From positions 65,394-129,393 of the forward strand of contig CALWTH010000041.1 of the NCBI GenBank assembly GCA_944384405.1: a stretch of DNA of 64,000 nucleotides, read 5' to 3'. The stretch comes from an uncultured Clostridia bacterium. GTDB taxonomy: Bacteria; Bacillota; Clostridia; Christensenellales; UBA1242. The position numbers were made by a program, and so were the translations under genes. The notes under the pieces are model-generated. The model saw nothing but the letters and a program-made list of their open reading frames with translations, had not been told where the DNA came from and ran no database searches. How positions within the stretch are numbered: the stretch's first letter is position 1; each line of letters begins with the position of its first letter. Shown here one piece after another: positions 18,401 through 25,215 of this stretch.

Positions 18401-20793
18401 TTATTTATATAATTATTTTCTGCAGTAATGACGGTGTTTACCAAAATTCTATTATCGGCGCTTGACTGATAAATTCCGTCTTCTTGAATGTTTACGCTAA
18501 AGTCAAAAACAGTTGCCGAGCCATCATACACTTCAATACATTCAAATGTCTGACCATCATTATAAGTATTTACCTCATATTCAATAGGTTGATCAAGTGC
18601 ATCATTTTCATAAACAACATATAGTTTTATTCTGCGTTCACTCACCCCATCGGAAAGTGCACCAATATTCATTGAAAATACAAATTGTGCGCCGTCATTT
18701 TGCTCTGTGTACGAAACTGAATAAATAAGTGATGTTTGCGTGTTTGAATCTTCTATTTTTGCAACAACATAAATGTCGCCATTAATGACTGCATTTTTAA
18801 ATATTTGCTGTTCATTTATTTGGTCACTTTGATTTGCTGACTGAGGTAGTGTGTATTCAACAACAACTTCAAAAGGTGATGTCGTGTTTTGCACATAAGC
18901 AATATCATTAGCTTCACTTATTGTGAGCTCATCATCAGCAAGTGCTGTTTGAATGTGATTTTCAAGTCCATACAATGTCTTGTCAATATACAATTGTAAA
19001 GTGGAAATAGCATTGAGGTCGTCTTGGCTGTATCTTTGAATGACATATCTACCGTTTTCATCAAGTTTTGGATTTGCCTGATAATCAGTTTGCACGGTCA
19101 TAAACAAAATATCAAATGTGTGACCATATGCCTCTGTTGATTTTGGTTCAATTATACCATTATCAATTTCATAAAGCGTCACTGTTTGTGCCCCAAGTTG
19201 ATACTCGGCAGGCTGATTGCTTATTGTGTTTATCAAATCGGTGACTTGATATTGCATTGAACTAACGACAAAATATCTGCGTGTTTGATACAAGTTGGAT
19301 TGTGGAACATAAGCAAAATCTGAAGCATCAAAAGAAGTCATAACAGGATTTTCACCATCAATTATCGTTAAAGTCTGTGATGTTGATGTCCAATAAATAC
19401 CGGCATCAGTAATTGCGTTTGTTGAAAAATATGTAGTTTGTGGTTCAACTTCACTAGCAGTGTTACCGAAATATCTTGCTTCAATAACAAGATTGTTAGC
19501 ATCAACATAATTAGAAACGGCAAATCGCCAATAATAATCATCTACGCTTGATGTGATGACTGGGAAATAGAATGTATAAACTTGCCCTCCTATTTCGACT
19601 TCTTTTGTGTTACCATAACCATATGAAGGCAAGGATACAATGTTGTATGCATCGTTTTCACTATTTACTGCATCATAGTAGTTGTTGCCAACCTTATACA
19701 AAAATCTTATTGCAACATTGTCAAGTTCATGCTGTAAAGAAACTGTTCTGTCAATTTCAGAATAAAGATGAATTCCAAGATTTGATTGCGTTGCAGTTTG
19801 TGAAACATCTTTATTTACATAAAGTGTATTGAGTTTGTCAATATCAACACTTGCCACTGAGCCTTCAATACGCATACTATCAACTTCAACATTTACTATT
19901 TCCACAGTTTTTGTTGTTCTGTGTGCTCGCAACGTCGTTGCCGTATCGTCTGTTGAAAGTTGATAAAGGTTAGCAAGTATTGCTGAATATTGTGCCTCTT
20001 CGTCAAGGTTTTGAAGTCCAAGCAATATTTCTTTTTCAATTGATGCTGATGAAAACACATAACCAACTATTGTACTTGAACCGATGCGGTTTGTTAAAAA
20101 GGCGTTGGTGTGCCCATTTTGTGAAATATTTTCATCTGTGTTTGATAACAATGTGAAATATGTATTTTTATATACTACTTCTCCATCTGACCCATCATGG
20201 CTATATTGATATGCGCTGCGTGCTGGATAAAATTTTAAACTTGCATTTATTGTTGAACCAATGGCAAAAGTGTCACTGTTATCATCTGTCGCACTTACTC
20301 GCGTTTCAAGTTCAACATCGTAGACAGGGACATCTACATTGACTTTTGCACTAATTGAATCAATTCGTTGGTTTTTGGAAGTTGCCGTGATTACACTATG
20401 CCCGCCTGTTATCCAGTCTTGTCCAAAGCATTCTTCATCGTGCATAGTCTTTTCAAGCACGACCAAGAAAGGCTCGCCTATTGTTGCCGTTTGAGGAATA
20501 GAAATTACTCCATCACTAATTCTAACTTCACCATTATTTTCAGTATATGGTTCACCATTTTGCAAACTTAAAGTAAGTTGTGTTTCTGTGACGTCTTGTG
20601 TGGTTGAAGAAATGGTAATTGAAAAATCACTATCAACATTATATTCTGATAAGTTAAAGGTAATATCGGCAGGCAAAACAGTAGGCTTGCTGAAATATCC
20701 CGCTATCGCCATGATACCGACTCCAATTCCAATTGCACCCACAAAACTTGCTAGTGCTATTGCAAAAACTTTTAAAAATGTAGTGAATTTCAT
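9484..20793 (-). CDS. Giant surface protein 1 (3,769 aa): N-terminal membrane anchor plus long non-identical beta-rich (Ig-like) region
   Basis: Uninterrupted 11,310-nt ORF. GGGAG RBS. Residues 1-37 are hydrophobic (FAIALASFVGAIGIGVGIMAIAGYF). The rest is N/S/T/Y/D/V-rich and Cys-poor, with no GLUG motifs and no C-terminal sorting signal. Confidence 0.8.
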   Translation of the reverse strand: MKFTTFLKVFAIALASFVGAIGIGVGIMAIAGYFSKPTVLPADITFNLSEYNVDSDFSITISSTTQDVTETQLTLSLQNGEPYTENNGEVRISDGVISIPQTATIGEPFLVVLEKTMHDEECFGQDWITGGHSVITATSKNQRIDSISAKVNVDVPVYDVELETRVSATDDNSDTFAIGSTINASLKFYPARSAYQYSHDGSDGEVVYKNTYFTLLSNTDENISQNGHTNAFLTNRIGSSTIVGYVFSSASIEKEILLGLQNLDEEAQYSAILANLYQLSTDDTATTLRAHRTTKTVEIVNVEVDSMRIEGSVASVDIDKLNTLYVNKDVSQTATQSNLGIHLYSEIDRTVSLQHELDNVAIRFLYKVGNNYYDAVNSENDAYNIVSLPSYGYGNTKEVEIGGQVYTFYFPVITSSVDDYYWRFAVSNYVDANNLVIEARYFGNTASEVEPQTTYFSTNAITDAGIYWTSTSQTLTIIDGENPVMTSFDASDFAYVPQSNLYQTRRYFVVSSMQYQVTDLINTISNQPAEYQLGAQTVTLYEIDNGIIEPKSTEAYGHTFDILFMTVQTDYQANPKLDENGRYVIQRYSQDDLNAISTLQLYIDKTLYGLENHIQTALADDELTISEANDIAYVQNTTSPFEVVVEYTLPQSANQSDQINEQQIFKNAVINGDIYVVAKIEDSNTQTSLIYSVSYTEQNDGAQFVFSMNIGALSDGVSERRIKLYVVYENDALDQPIEYEVNTYNDGQTFECIEVYDGSATVFDFSVNIQEDGIYQSSADNRILVNTVITAENNYINNINTSYMVNGHDVSGMLFETSDLGEVDYSTLAITLHDKYGKLPISSNYTLESSNTSILTVSNNSFTFNGAGDVEVYLRDAEGTIKDTLYFSCEQDGYVSRVDKLVESAENPYTKSSVQEYSTDLSTVPYDFAQLSVQIVGYAGSIINLKSTTAGEVNLLTYYYSSNTQSGYLTNLMNIALVNEQDITTLEGYVNFGGTASNLSTISILKDFGKPFGLQLNITVAALGISQIVVLDIASNVSTALNPYDNNYDVEPISSVGNVIYSGVYADSLYHVRFMLNYHAGTGSENFLVDNSSYSLYLYEYDENGELGDRLLLTTTDTGANAYIESFESTDGEVTNNSVNRLDGSTFEYIYDAYIVFKSLNKDNGYRRVMLALEKNDLLTNASVDASSSLYLYINPNVMVTQSSDEILLDVAFDTINNTNRYYGSATLLGAQNAPLGISRIHNSDNVNFDIDYSQIGFKFVDDSYSHDYVIQRNGNQDEFIIYSLANIQNSATIKLIVTYNGVDVLTSDGKTYEITLTLRPNITRNQDSTMWVLYDGEYYLKFVNGEQYTSDEIIQAFTISQAQNSTAQISSKLNIENTNEITVQGDTITIQGVNNNLITGNTAQLVLSNGDSITFNILLLPFDLPYVIYPNQIAGQEYDLRDLLDIEWVMDNGLYYTISEYDTQGYNIFIDEQTQQYGLSGYLKNSILSVKNIDDSDLNIYAHFENGILFVEPVGGNGTFVIAEAKLNLANTSLVVPYLIKIEKMLDVHIYYPYMMTYSANGNITGTALHGDVKNVTYDMEYLSFDDSGNASADLLARFDSLIPNYQYNQRIVIGTLKDGTFIPQTELTPYSKLTFTISEVAYYFYDWFTATNVSQYAQVSSEGVVTIRRNGAQYVRVKVGMTTASGLEAYYYLSVGEIPTFTFVQRTQEGVSSTNIEDINLKAGDEGLLLEGMYSLSISFNASSGETSANNLLNYYIVATNIQGQNAYIDYDTMTLYADDTTENWNTNMVFYTKYGVLDVVRLYVLSNYKINIVETNTSGLVETTAGTYEIISGNIIDIANTFEIVKEDTGETFNDFDNIIVEIVTQNSALYYDDAAKSLNIGLVTEDTNVVTKIRFEFTDGTQNVAYNFDFNLKIKSTLKVSSTNNQQISQNNMLPVYGVKAGEIQNVDILSSLFDFAGDDFDAWYKNVVDNGLGRFNVELITQNVYGDFSGSVVLNENNHYVVQLNISEVANVTELSFRISYYNTVSSDDVLVMSSYFKFTLSSNFTIITNYPLPNDGVVSVAESYWFDSSENAQNIISLADVADLADNARVEVQSEDAEHEQHIYVQVGSGSEYVYVDGANVGNEYYALSTVFNIQGSEGLSVYDGLSLQFGLYYSLGDQSLDDKTYIPVGVYNVVVMNNIYGFAGFNYNTDSSNNNSNNPENIYIASNDDLLTKIRLTLTVPENADLSTTKYIRPIMINGVIAEADYVTMAEGSQGDQISLFATLTSLSVSDMTNFVSSDTGVQWEICELSQEGEYVPVIITDDTWNNIEVSFESRILLSYRTVTSFGDGASVTTQYNNIDFFKTYGLLSGTNCSLQQTTGEDALTQEQLIAKSIYVNSRNGQSVSNGTSIGTYYVNYGFDIEFESSENIELSAGQNTSVLHNGIGNNNANYVSLINMKRSSNGTYYVDSDFSSTGLSLNIEGTISYRATNPEYQNLITNTGYLRYTAAEGEGYNYDYNFMAYGSPKETSVTVELVLTVSYGSIIKDFTFTFVVSHDYENESLKNSDGTENSESNRNLIRDYNFVDYIIFAHWGSEEPIDNFIYIQHKNENQNQIGNVAPLFNVKYNQGGEYVLQFQQTEQNYDLAFKFTDIKYGNRNVDIVLTDAYGYKIVYYVTIVAQYNVTSSTSSLTPFELDSVALVDRGTTTNNYNHTIPITFTPRDSGIPDLKLTDFSSNWTAKFTTDSGEQLIKTDLISDSNSVYFNIDMIDYVYFVGGRLSGILSISAKDESGYQIDIQIPTTILERYSLTTTDTPYVRDGVPFSLLDVVDVVDNSQNYTVGERSLKDSHTIYFDYTILNSRNQKVYLDSVYNVLSLIIRAKNLQNNQVITETVPINSSSSVYISIEDIFDITDISNYQFQITYIVTNYEYENNELSEISTDEHSFSYYNGKTLTTYYLSSETSSGYKSVSQDATFYYTYREDAAVDVNEQYTIRINSSYIISDQSLSIGLRQMENNSQLNVYFVNEAGEVRNVSLDSNTNSRVTYSLRELGVINSARGEKVSLYTNGERTIINGLSVKQWAQLKGIEFESVSGSQDVVDTDTYSMTKYIPSDAEFLISNDGLNIKYAPSAINVKVNYGFVNGVAKKAVEKFSPEIWITLKYIDIDSTQAYGSEQAKDVVLNSYDPVNNNNISINVWAGTTYRPFTLVAGYTSATSFVASDDTTLSNNSGDFKYYLNTAQSTGSQYVVVDADTGEITLLPGFNLDTNYIMLDIYTIYGQARNNFEYIDTLRLYFSDANSATYSIVVNVPMLPRIQDGASNTYKILTNDIVQMLNISDGKSNVYTGDDIKYRFPNTTIDIYDSANQDLSLGVINLGLGNDSITFNNDVSNVYLIVKLQGDNDTGVRIDNITLVDSRYTANSLVSSSMYESISSGDEGAVFEMLLPKIKLRNIYGNIDSGAKIFDLESESGSYNYLVGSKNVVYSKVTNGIVTTFTYTIGNNLSQNDDTISGTVYGTITVNTYASTDKIIGESSLIMQAGQSTTNFVNNNLIDFSDVKVFGYNEVQTFVDDESQESQTTKFIYISTVDDIDDYPFSSISTNPSATFYINGKSNNGLNLEFVSDGILITSMDFSAYNNKIISLVIEYGIDSNRQEFKFSFLYKDEQEGLTINVTEGDDITYTSTRIKDENYTNIFTLLSNMYSVSVDDIFISATCDDQNVLLINDNGNYSLMLLASDSSNDSSGDSSSDITEINVIIKFYIAIYDNLSSTETPQQEIVLYTNTITINV
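9605..9648 (-). repeat. 12-nt in-frame tandem repeat (about 3.5 units) near the 3' end of giant gene 1
   Basis: TCACTTGACGAA / TCACCTGACGAA / TCATTTGACGAA / TCACTTGC, encoding SDSS-NDSS-GDSS-SD. Confidence 0.8.
20683..20793 (-). other. N-terminal signal-anchor / signal peptide of giant protein 1
   Basis: MKFTTFLKVFAIALASFVGAIGIGVGIMAIAGYFSKP. No lipobox Cys. Confidence 0.6.
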
Positions 20794-20849
20794 AACTTAC
20801 TCCCACAACGCAACCGACTTTAAATTATTATTTACTATTAGACAAAATA

Positions 20850-20878
20850 ATTATATAGTTTATGCCTATTTAAGTCAA
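20850..20878 (-). promoter_or_regulatory. Near-consensus sigma-A promoter of giant gene 1
   Basis: Minus strand TTGACT, 17-nt spacer (TAAATAGGCATAAACTA), TATAAT. Confidence 0.65.
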
Positions 20879-21082
20879 ACAAATTAAAATCAAAAAAATA
20901 CAAAATTAGATTATTTTATAAAACATTTATTATTTTATTATTTTTTTTAAAAATAATTTTTTATTTTAAATTTAATTTTATTTTTTTATTTTTTTTAAAA
21001 ATTAATAATTTATTTTCTACAAGTTATTTTTTACAAGTTTTACTATTTTTACTATAGTGTACATTTGAATAAATATAACATA

Positions 21083-21112
21083 TTGACAAAACGCCATGCA
21101 ACATTGTATAAT
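21083..21112 (+). promoter_or_regulatory. Sigma-A promoter of the 810-aa gene
   Basis: TTGACA (21083-21088), 18-nt spacer, TATAAT (21107-21112). AGGAGG RBS at 21131. Confidence 0.6.
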
Positions 21113-21141
21113 ATGGGTAATATAAATCATAGGAGGTTTGT

Positions 21142-23574
21142 ATGCCAGATATTAAGCCAAGATTTAGTATCAATATCAAATACAAAGACCATAGCGAATT
21201 TCAAAATTTCAGCATGAAAAAAGGTGATGACGCAATATGTCTTTATGAAAAAGGACAAGATAATGCTCTGATTATGGTTGAACCCTTAAAAAAAGATTTT
21301 ACAATCGACAATACATCACATAGATTTGATGAAATTTCAAAAGATGATGTGATAATTCTCCATGGGATAGAAAATGTAAGCGCTGAAAGTAACAATGATT
21401 TTATCCTCACATTAGACACCCAAAAAGGCAAACGCACATACAAAATTTCTCACAACGCACTTAGCGTTAAGAAAGGAAGAAGTTTTGAACCTGTCGTGAG
21501 TTTTGAACATCCACTTGATGTATCTTTGCCAGAAAGTTTACCATCTCAAATTGCAAACAATAATATAAAAATGTCAACTTTTCCAGCACAAATGACACAA
21601 ATGCTTGTTGAAGATTATGGCTATAATTCATTAAAATTAGAAAATGGTATGACCATTTTAAAATCCCCTAATGGTAAAATCATATTCCCTGATGGATCAA
21701 AACTATCCACATCAACAACTCAGGATATAGTGAAAGCACCAAGCGGACTTGTGTTAAGATTGTTACCAAGTGCTGAGATGAAAAAAATGAAAGAGAACCA
21801 AGTAAAAAAGGGAATTAATATAACAGAAAATGATTTTGAAGCCCTTAATAAATTTATGGGTAAAAACCAAAAGATTGAAGACGTTCCTACCCTAACATCA
21901 GACTCATCTTATGTCAAATTAAGAAAATCATCAGCAGCATATAAAGTAGGAAAAGAAGAACAAAAAACTATAGATGATAGTAAAGAAAAACAAATATTTG
22001 ACTATGTTACAAATCAAGCTAATAATTTATCAATAAACAACACCGATTACATCACTAACGTGGACAGTTGGGAATCAAATTTAGGTAGCAGTTTTATTTA
22101 TAATGAATCTGATTCAAAAGTTCAATCAGGGGTAAAAAATACAGAACAAAATCAAGATGAAACTCAAAAAGCAACAGATGTCGAAAGTCAAGAAAACAGT
22201 GCGGTAAACACAGCAAACGCTGATTCAAATGGTGATGACTCATCTAGTCCATCTGCCACTTTAGCGGAAGACACACAAGTACAAACATCAAACACTTCAT
22301 CTGATAACAATCAACCAAACGCTTTTGCCGTTTCAGACAAACTACGAGCAAACGAAAAAGAGAAAAAAGAATCCACCCCGTCAAATCAAGACAAAGACGC
22401 AAGTGCAAAACAATCTACCAGCGACGCCTCACAAGAAGTCAAGAAAAATGACGAAAAACAGAAGAAAATAATGGACGAAAAAGAATTTAACATGATGCAC
22501 AAAGGAATAAGATTTATTCTGTTAGTCGTCGCAGCAAACTTCTTTATGGCAGCCATGATGCTTGCAAATCCATTGTTTGCAATCATTGCAATCATGAGCT
22601 TATTTGGAATGGTAACATCAGGAATTATGCAACAATCGAAGTTTAGATTTAGTACAATCTTCTCTATTGCAAATGATATAGTAGATTATGTCAAAGCAAA
22701 ACATTCAATCAAAGAGCTTACTAAAAGTGAAACCAAAAAAATGAATAAACTTCTTGAAAAACAATCAAAAGGGCTTTCACCAAAGGAACAGAAAAAACTT
22801 GATAAATTACAGTCAAAACTAAAGTCAAACAAACGTATAAATAAAAAAATTGATAAACTTCAAAAAAAACAAGCAAATGGACTTTCAAAAAGGGAGCAGG
22901 AAAAACTTGATATGTTGCTGACAAGAAATGAATATAAACTTTCACAAAATGAATATAAACATTTTATAAACAATGAAACACCTGCTATGAAAGCTGTAAA
23001 CAATTATCGTGACCTTGCCAAAGAACAAGAAGATGCTTTTAGACTTGCGAAAGCACAAAAACTTGCAGCAATCGACAAAGATATAGCATATCGTAAAGAA
23101 TACTTAGAACGTGGAAAAAATGTCATTCCAGAGCAAAACCAAAAAGCAATTAAAGAAGATATTAATCATTTAATCGCTTATAGAAATAGTGTTGACGATG
23201 TACAAAACATTTCTCAAGATATAAATAGAAAAAATATTGGTGATATTGAACAATCACTTATAGACAAACCAAGAAATTGGCTTGATAATGAACTTGATAT
23301 TGAACAAACTACATTTCAAGAGATGGCACAAACAAGTGGAGTCCAAGAACCAACTTTGAAAATTGACACACAAACATTAATAGAAAACGAGCCAGAATTA
23401 TTACGTCGTGTGGAAGCACTAAAACAAAGCAAAACACAACAAAGCACAAAGCAAGATGTAAATGAAACAAAGGATAATTCCAACAACGATAAAAGTGCTA
23501 TTGAAAATAACCAACAGCGACAAATCAACAATCAAACAACAAAACAAGATGATGACACAACTTTAACGCTTTAG
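21142..23574 (+). CDS. Hypothetical 810-aa membrane-hairpin protein with acidic low-complexity and Lys-rich coiled-coil regions
   Basis: Strong RBS. No signal peptide. Central hydrophobic pair. S/D/N/Q-rich stretch before it and heptad-like K/E/L/Q-rich region after it. Confidence 0.75.
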   Translation: MPDIKPRFSINIKYKDHSEFQNFSMKKGDDAICLYEKGQDNALIMVEPLKKDFTIDNTSHRFDEISKDDVIILHGIENVSAESNNDFILTLDTQKGKRTYKISHNALSVKKGRSFEPVVSFEHPLDVSLPESLPSQIANNNIKMSTFPAQMTQMLVEDYGYNSLKLENGMTILKSPNGKIIFPDGSKLSTSTTQDIVKAPSGLVLRLLPSAEMKKMKENQVKKGINITENDFEALNKFMGKNQKIEDVPTLTSDSSYVKLRKSSAAYKVGKEEQKTIDDSKEKQIFDYVTNQANNLSINNTDYITNVDSWESNLGSSFIYNESDSKVQSGVKNTEQNQDETQKATDVESQENSAVNTANADSNGDDSSSPSATLAEDTQVQTSNTSSDNNQPNAFAVSDKLRANEKEKKESTPSNQDKDASAKQSTSDASQEVKKNDEKQKKIMDEKEFNMMHKGIRFILLVVAANFFMAAMMLANPLFAIIAIMSLFGMVTSGIMQQSKFRFSTIFSIANDIVDYVKAKHSIKELTKSETKKMNKLLEKQSKGLSPKEQKKLDKLQSKLKSNKRINKKIDKLQKKQANGLSKREQEKLDMLLTRNEYKLSQNEYKHFINNETPAMKAVNNYRDLAKEQEDAFRLAKAQKLAAIDKDIAYRKEYLERGKNVIPEQNQKAIKEDINHLIAYRNSVDDVQNISQDINRKNIGDIEQSLIDKPRNWLDNELDIEQTTFQEMAQTSGVQEPTLKIDTQTLIENEPELLRRVEALKQSKTQQSTKQDVNETKDNSNNDKSAIENNQQRQINNQTTKQDDDTTLTL
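22507..22629 (+). other. Two adjacent TM helices (hairpin) in the 810-aa protein
   Basis: IRFILLVVAANFFMAAMMLA-NP-LFAIIAIMSLFGMVTSGIM, flanked by basic residues on both sides. Confidence 0.6.
22735..22920 (+). repeat. Two 78-nt imperfect direct repeats inside the 810-aa gene
   Basis: 22735-22812 and 22843-22920 encode KKMNKLLEKQSKGLSPKEQKKLDKLQ and KKIDKLQKKQANGLSKREQEKLDMLL. Confidence 0.75.
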
Positions 23575-23589
23575 AAAATTTGAAATAAA

Positions 23590-23620
23590 AAAATAGTCGT
23601 TTAAACGACTATTTTTTATT
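23590..23620. terminator. Bidirectional terminator between the 810-aa gene and gmk
   Basis: A-run, palindrome ATAGTCGTTTAAACGACTAT, T-run. Confidence 0.65.
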
Positions 23621-24191
23621 TTTTATCAAATCTTTTTTGCTCTATTTTTTCATGTTTTTTTATTATACTTTCTACTTTTTTTATTGTTTTGTTCAAATTC
23701 AAGTTTTCAATAACATAGTCATAATTTTTTGAATAACTAAGTTCAAACTCCATTCTTGAAATCCTTAAATCAATATCATGGTCGCCACGTGCTTTTAAAC
23801 GCTTGATAAGTTCTTCTTTTGGAGCGGTTAAAAATATAGAAACAACTTCAACTTTGTTTTTAAGTGCACGCTTTAAATTTATTTGTCCCAAAACACCGAT
23901 ATCTTTTATGAAATGACATTGTCTTTTTTTAACTTCGTCAAGCGAACTTTTCAAAACACCATAAAAGTTATTATGAATTTCCTCATGTTCAAACAGTTCG
24001 CCGTTTTTAATTTTATTTTCAAATTCTTCGCGAGATACATAAATATATGGACTTTGCATATCCTCGTCAGTATTCCTTGGCATACGTGTTGTACACGTCT
24101 TCATGAGTTTGATATCAGAATTGTTATTAAGTATATGTGTTATTATAGTATTCTTACCTACTCCCGCAGAACCTGAAATAATTATTAGCAT
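23616..24191 (-). CDS. gmk: Guanylate kinase
   Basis: P-loop GSAGVGKNT, TTR.PR, and a YIYVSREEFE...GELFEHEEIHNNFYG pattern. Start set at ATG 24191 (GAGG RBS). Confidence 0.8.
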   Translation of the reverse strand: MLIIISGSAGVGKNTIITHILNNNSDIKLMKTCTTRMPRNTDEDMQSPYIYVSREEFENKIKNGELFEHEEIHNNFYGVLKSSLDEVKKRQCHFIKDIGVLGQINLKRALKNKVEVVSIFLTAPKEELIKRLKARGDHDIDLRISRMEFELSYSKNYDYVIENLNLNKTIKKVESIIKKHEKIEQKRFDKK

Positions 24192-24248
24192 ACTCACCTC
24201 GTTATTAAGTGAGTATACAATAACACAAAAATATTGTCAACGGTATAT

Positions 24249-25133
24249 TTATACTACAGTGAAACTTGCCTTTACATTTTCTCCTGTGTCGGCGTCTTGA
24301 TATGTAATCCAATACCCATATTCATTTTCTTTTGTACTATCAAGTGGAAGCCACTCAGCATAGCCTCTAAGTTCTTTTGGGGGTGCATCGGTGTAAAGTC
24401 CAGGTACTCCATAGCATATGTATTTGACTTTGTCATTTTCATAAATCAGTCCCAAAACATAGTAATTATCTCCATCTTCATTTTCAATTTTTACCCACTT
24501 TGAATAAGGTATTATTTGTGACAAAAATTCTTCTTCGCTGTGAGTTGAAAACAAACTGCCTATGTCCTCACTGATACTATCATAAAAACTTTCACTTTTG
24601 TTTTCTTCATTATTTTCATCACTAAAAAAAGCATAGCGATATTTACAAGTTGTGCACTTATCTCCACATGCTGAAAGTTGACTATCTATCTCGCTGTCAA
24701 TTTTATCCTGATCTTCAAGTTCGATATGATTTTTATCAAGCACCTCTTTGCACTCTTCATAACCCTGAGCGTCTTGCATTTCCAGAACTGCTTGTGCCAA
24801 AAACTCGTCAGAAAGTTTTGAATTTTGTGTGCAACCATGCAAAAGTGGCTTTGCATCGCCTCTGTAAATGTTCACAACGGCACAAGAAAACTCACCAAGT
24901 TCCAAAGGCGTTTGAGTTGCAAAAGTGTACTTAAAGTTTCCGACTTTTGTCAAACCAATTTTAACCACTCTTTCCCCTTCTTTCAAACCAAGCGACAAAA
25001 TACCATTTGGCTCGTCATGAAAGTTATATAATCTAACTTGTCCCTGTGTGTCACCATTGTTTTTTTCAAAACTTATTACTGCTTTTTCGTTGCCACCATC
25101 GACAGATGATAGTACCAAAGTTTTCTTTAACAT
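24249..25133 (-). CDS. Hypothetical protein (acidic middle, C-x3-C-x2-C cluster)
   Basis: AGGAG is 6 nt before ATG 25133. No family recognised. C-terminal YICYGVPG...GYWITYQDADTGE looks conserved-domain-like. Confidence 0.6.
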   Translation of the reverse strand: MLKKTLVLSSVDGGNEKAVISFEKNNGDTQGQVRLYNFHDEPNGILSLGLKEGERVVKIGLTKVGNFKYTFATQTPLELGEFSCAVVNIYRGDAKPLLHGCTQNSKLSDEFLAQAVLEMQDAQGYEECKEVLDKNHIELEDQDKIDSEIDSQLSACGDKCTTCKYRYAFFSDENNEENKSESFYDSISEDIGSLFSTHSEEEFLSQIIPYSKWVKIENEDGDNYYVLGLIYENDKVKYICYGVPGLYTDAPPKELRGYAEWLPLDSTKENEYGYWITYQDADTGENVKASFTVV

Positions 25134-25150
25134 AAACATCTCCTAAATTT

Positions 25151-25177
25151 AAAAAAATTACACTATATATTATAGTG
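25151..25177 (-). terminator. AT-rich hairpin plus T-run between rsmA and the downstream gene
   Basis: Minus strand CACTATA-ata-TATAGTG, then taa and T7, immediately before the next RBS. Confidence 0.35.
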
Positions 25178-25215
25178 AAATTTTGTGTTTATGGTGATTA
25201 TAATAATGGCGTATC

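Noticed and set aside
20881-21060. A/T-rich repetitive intergenic tracts (also 60820-60980) as CRISPR arrays or leaders.
   Set aside because: The repeats are short, low-complexity and irregularly spaced. There is no repeat-spacer periodicity and no cas genes in the window.
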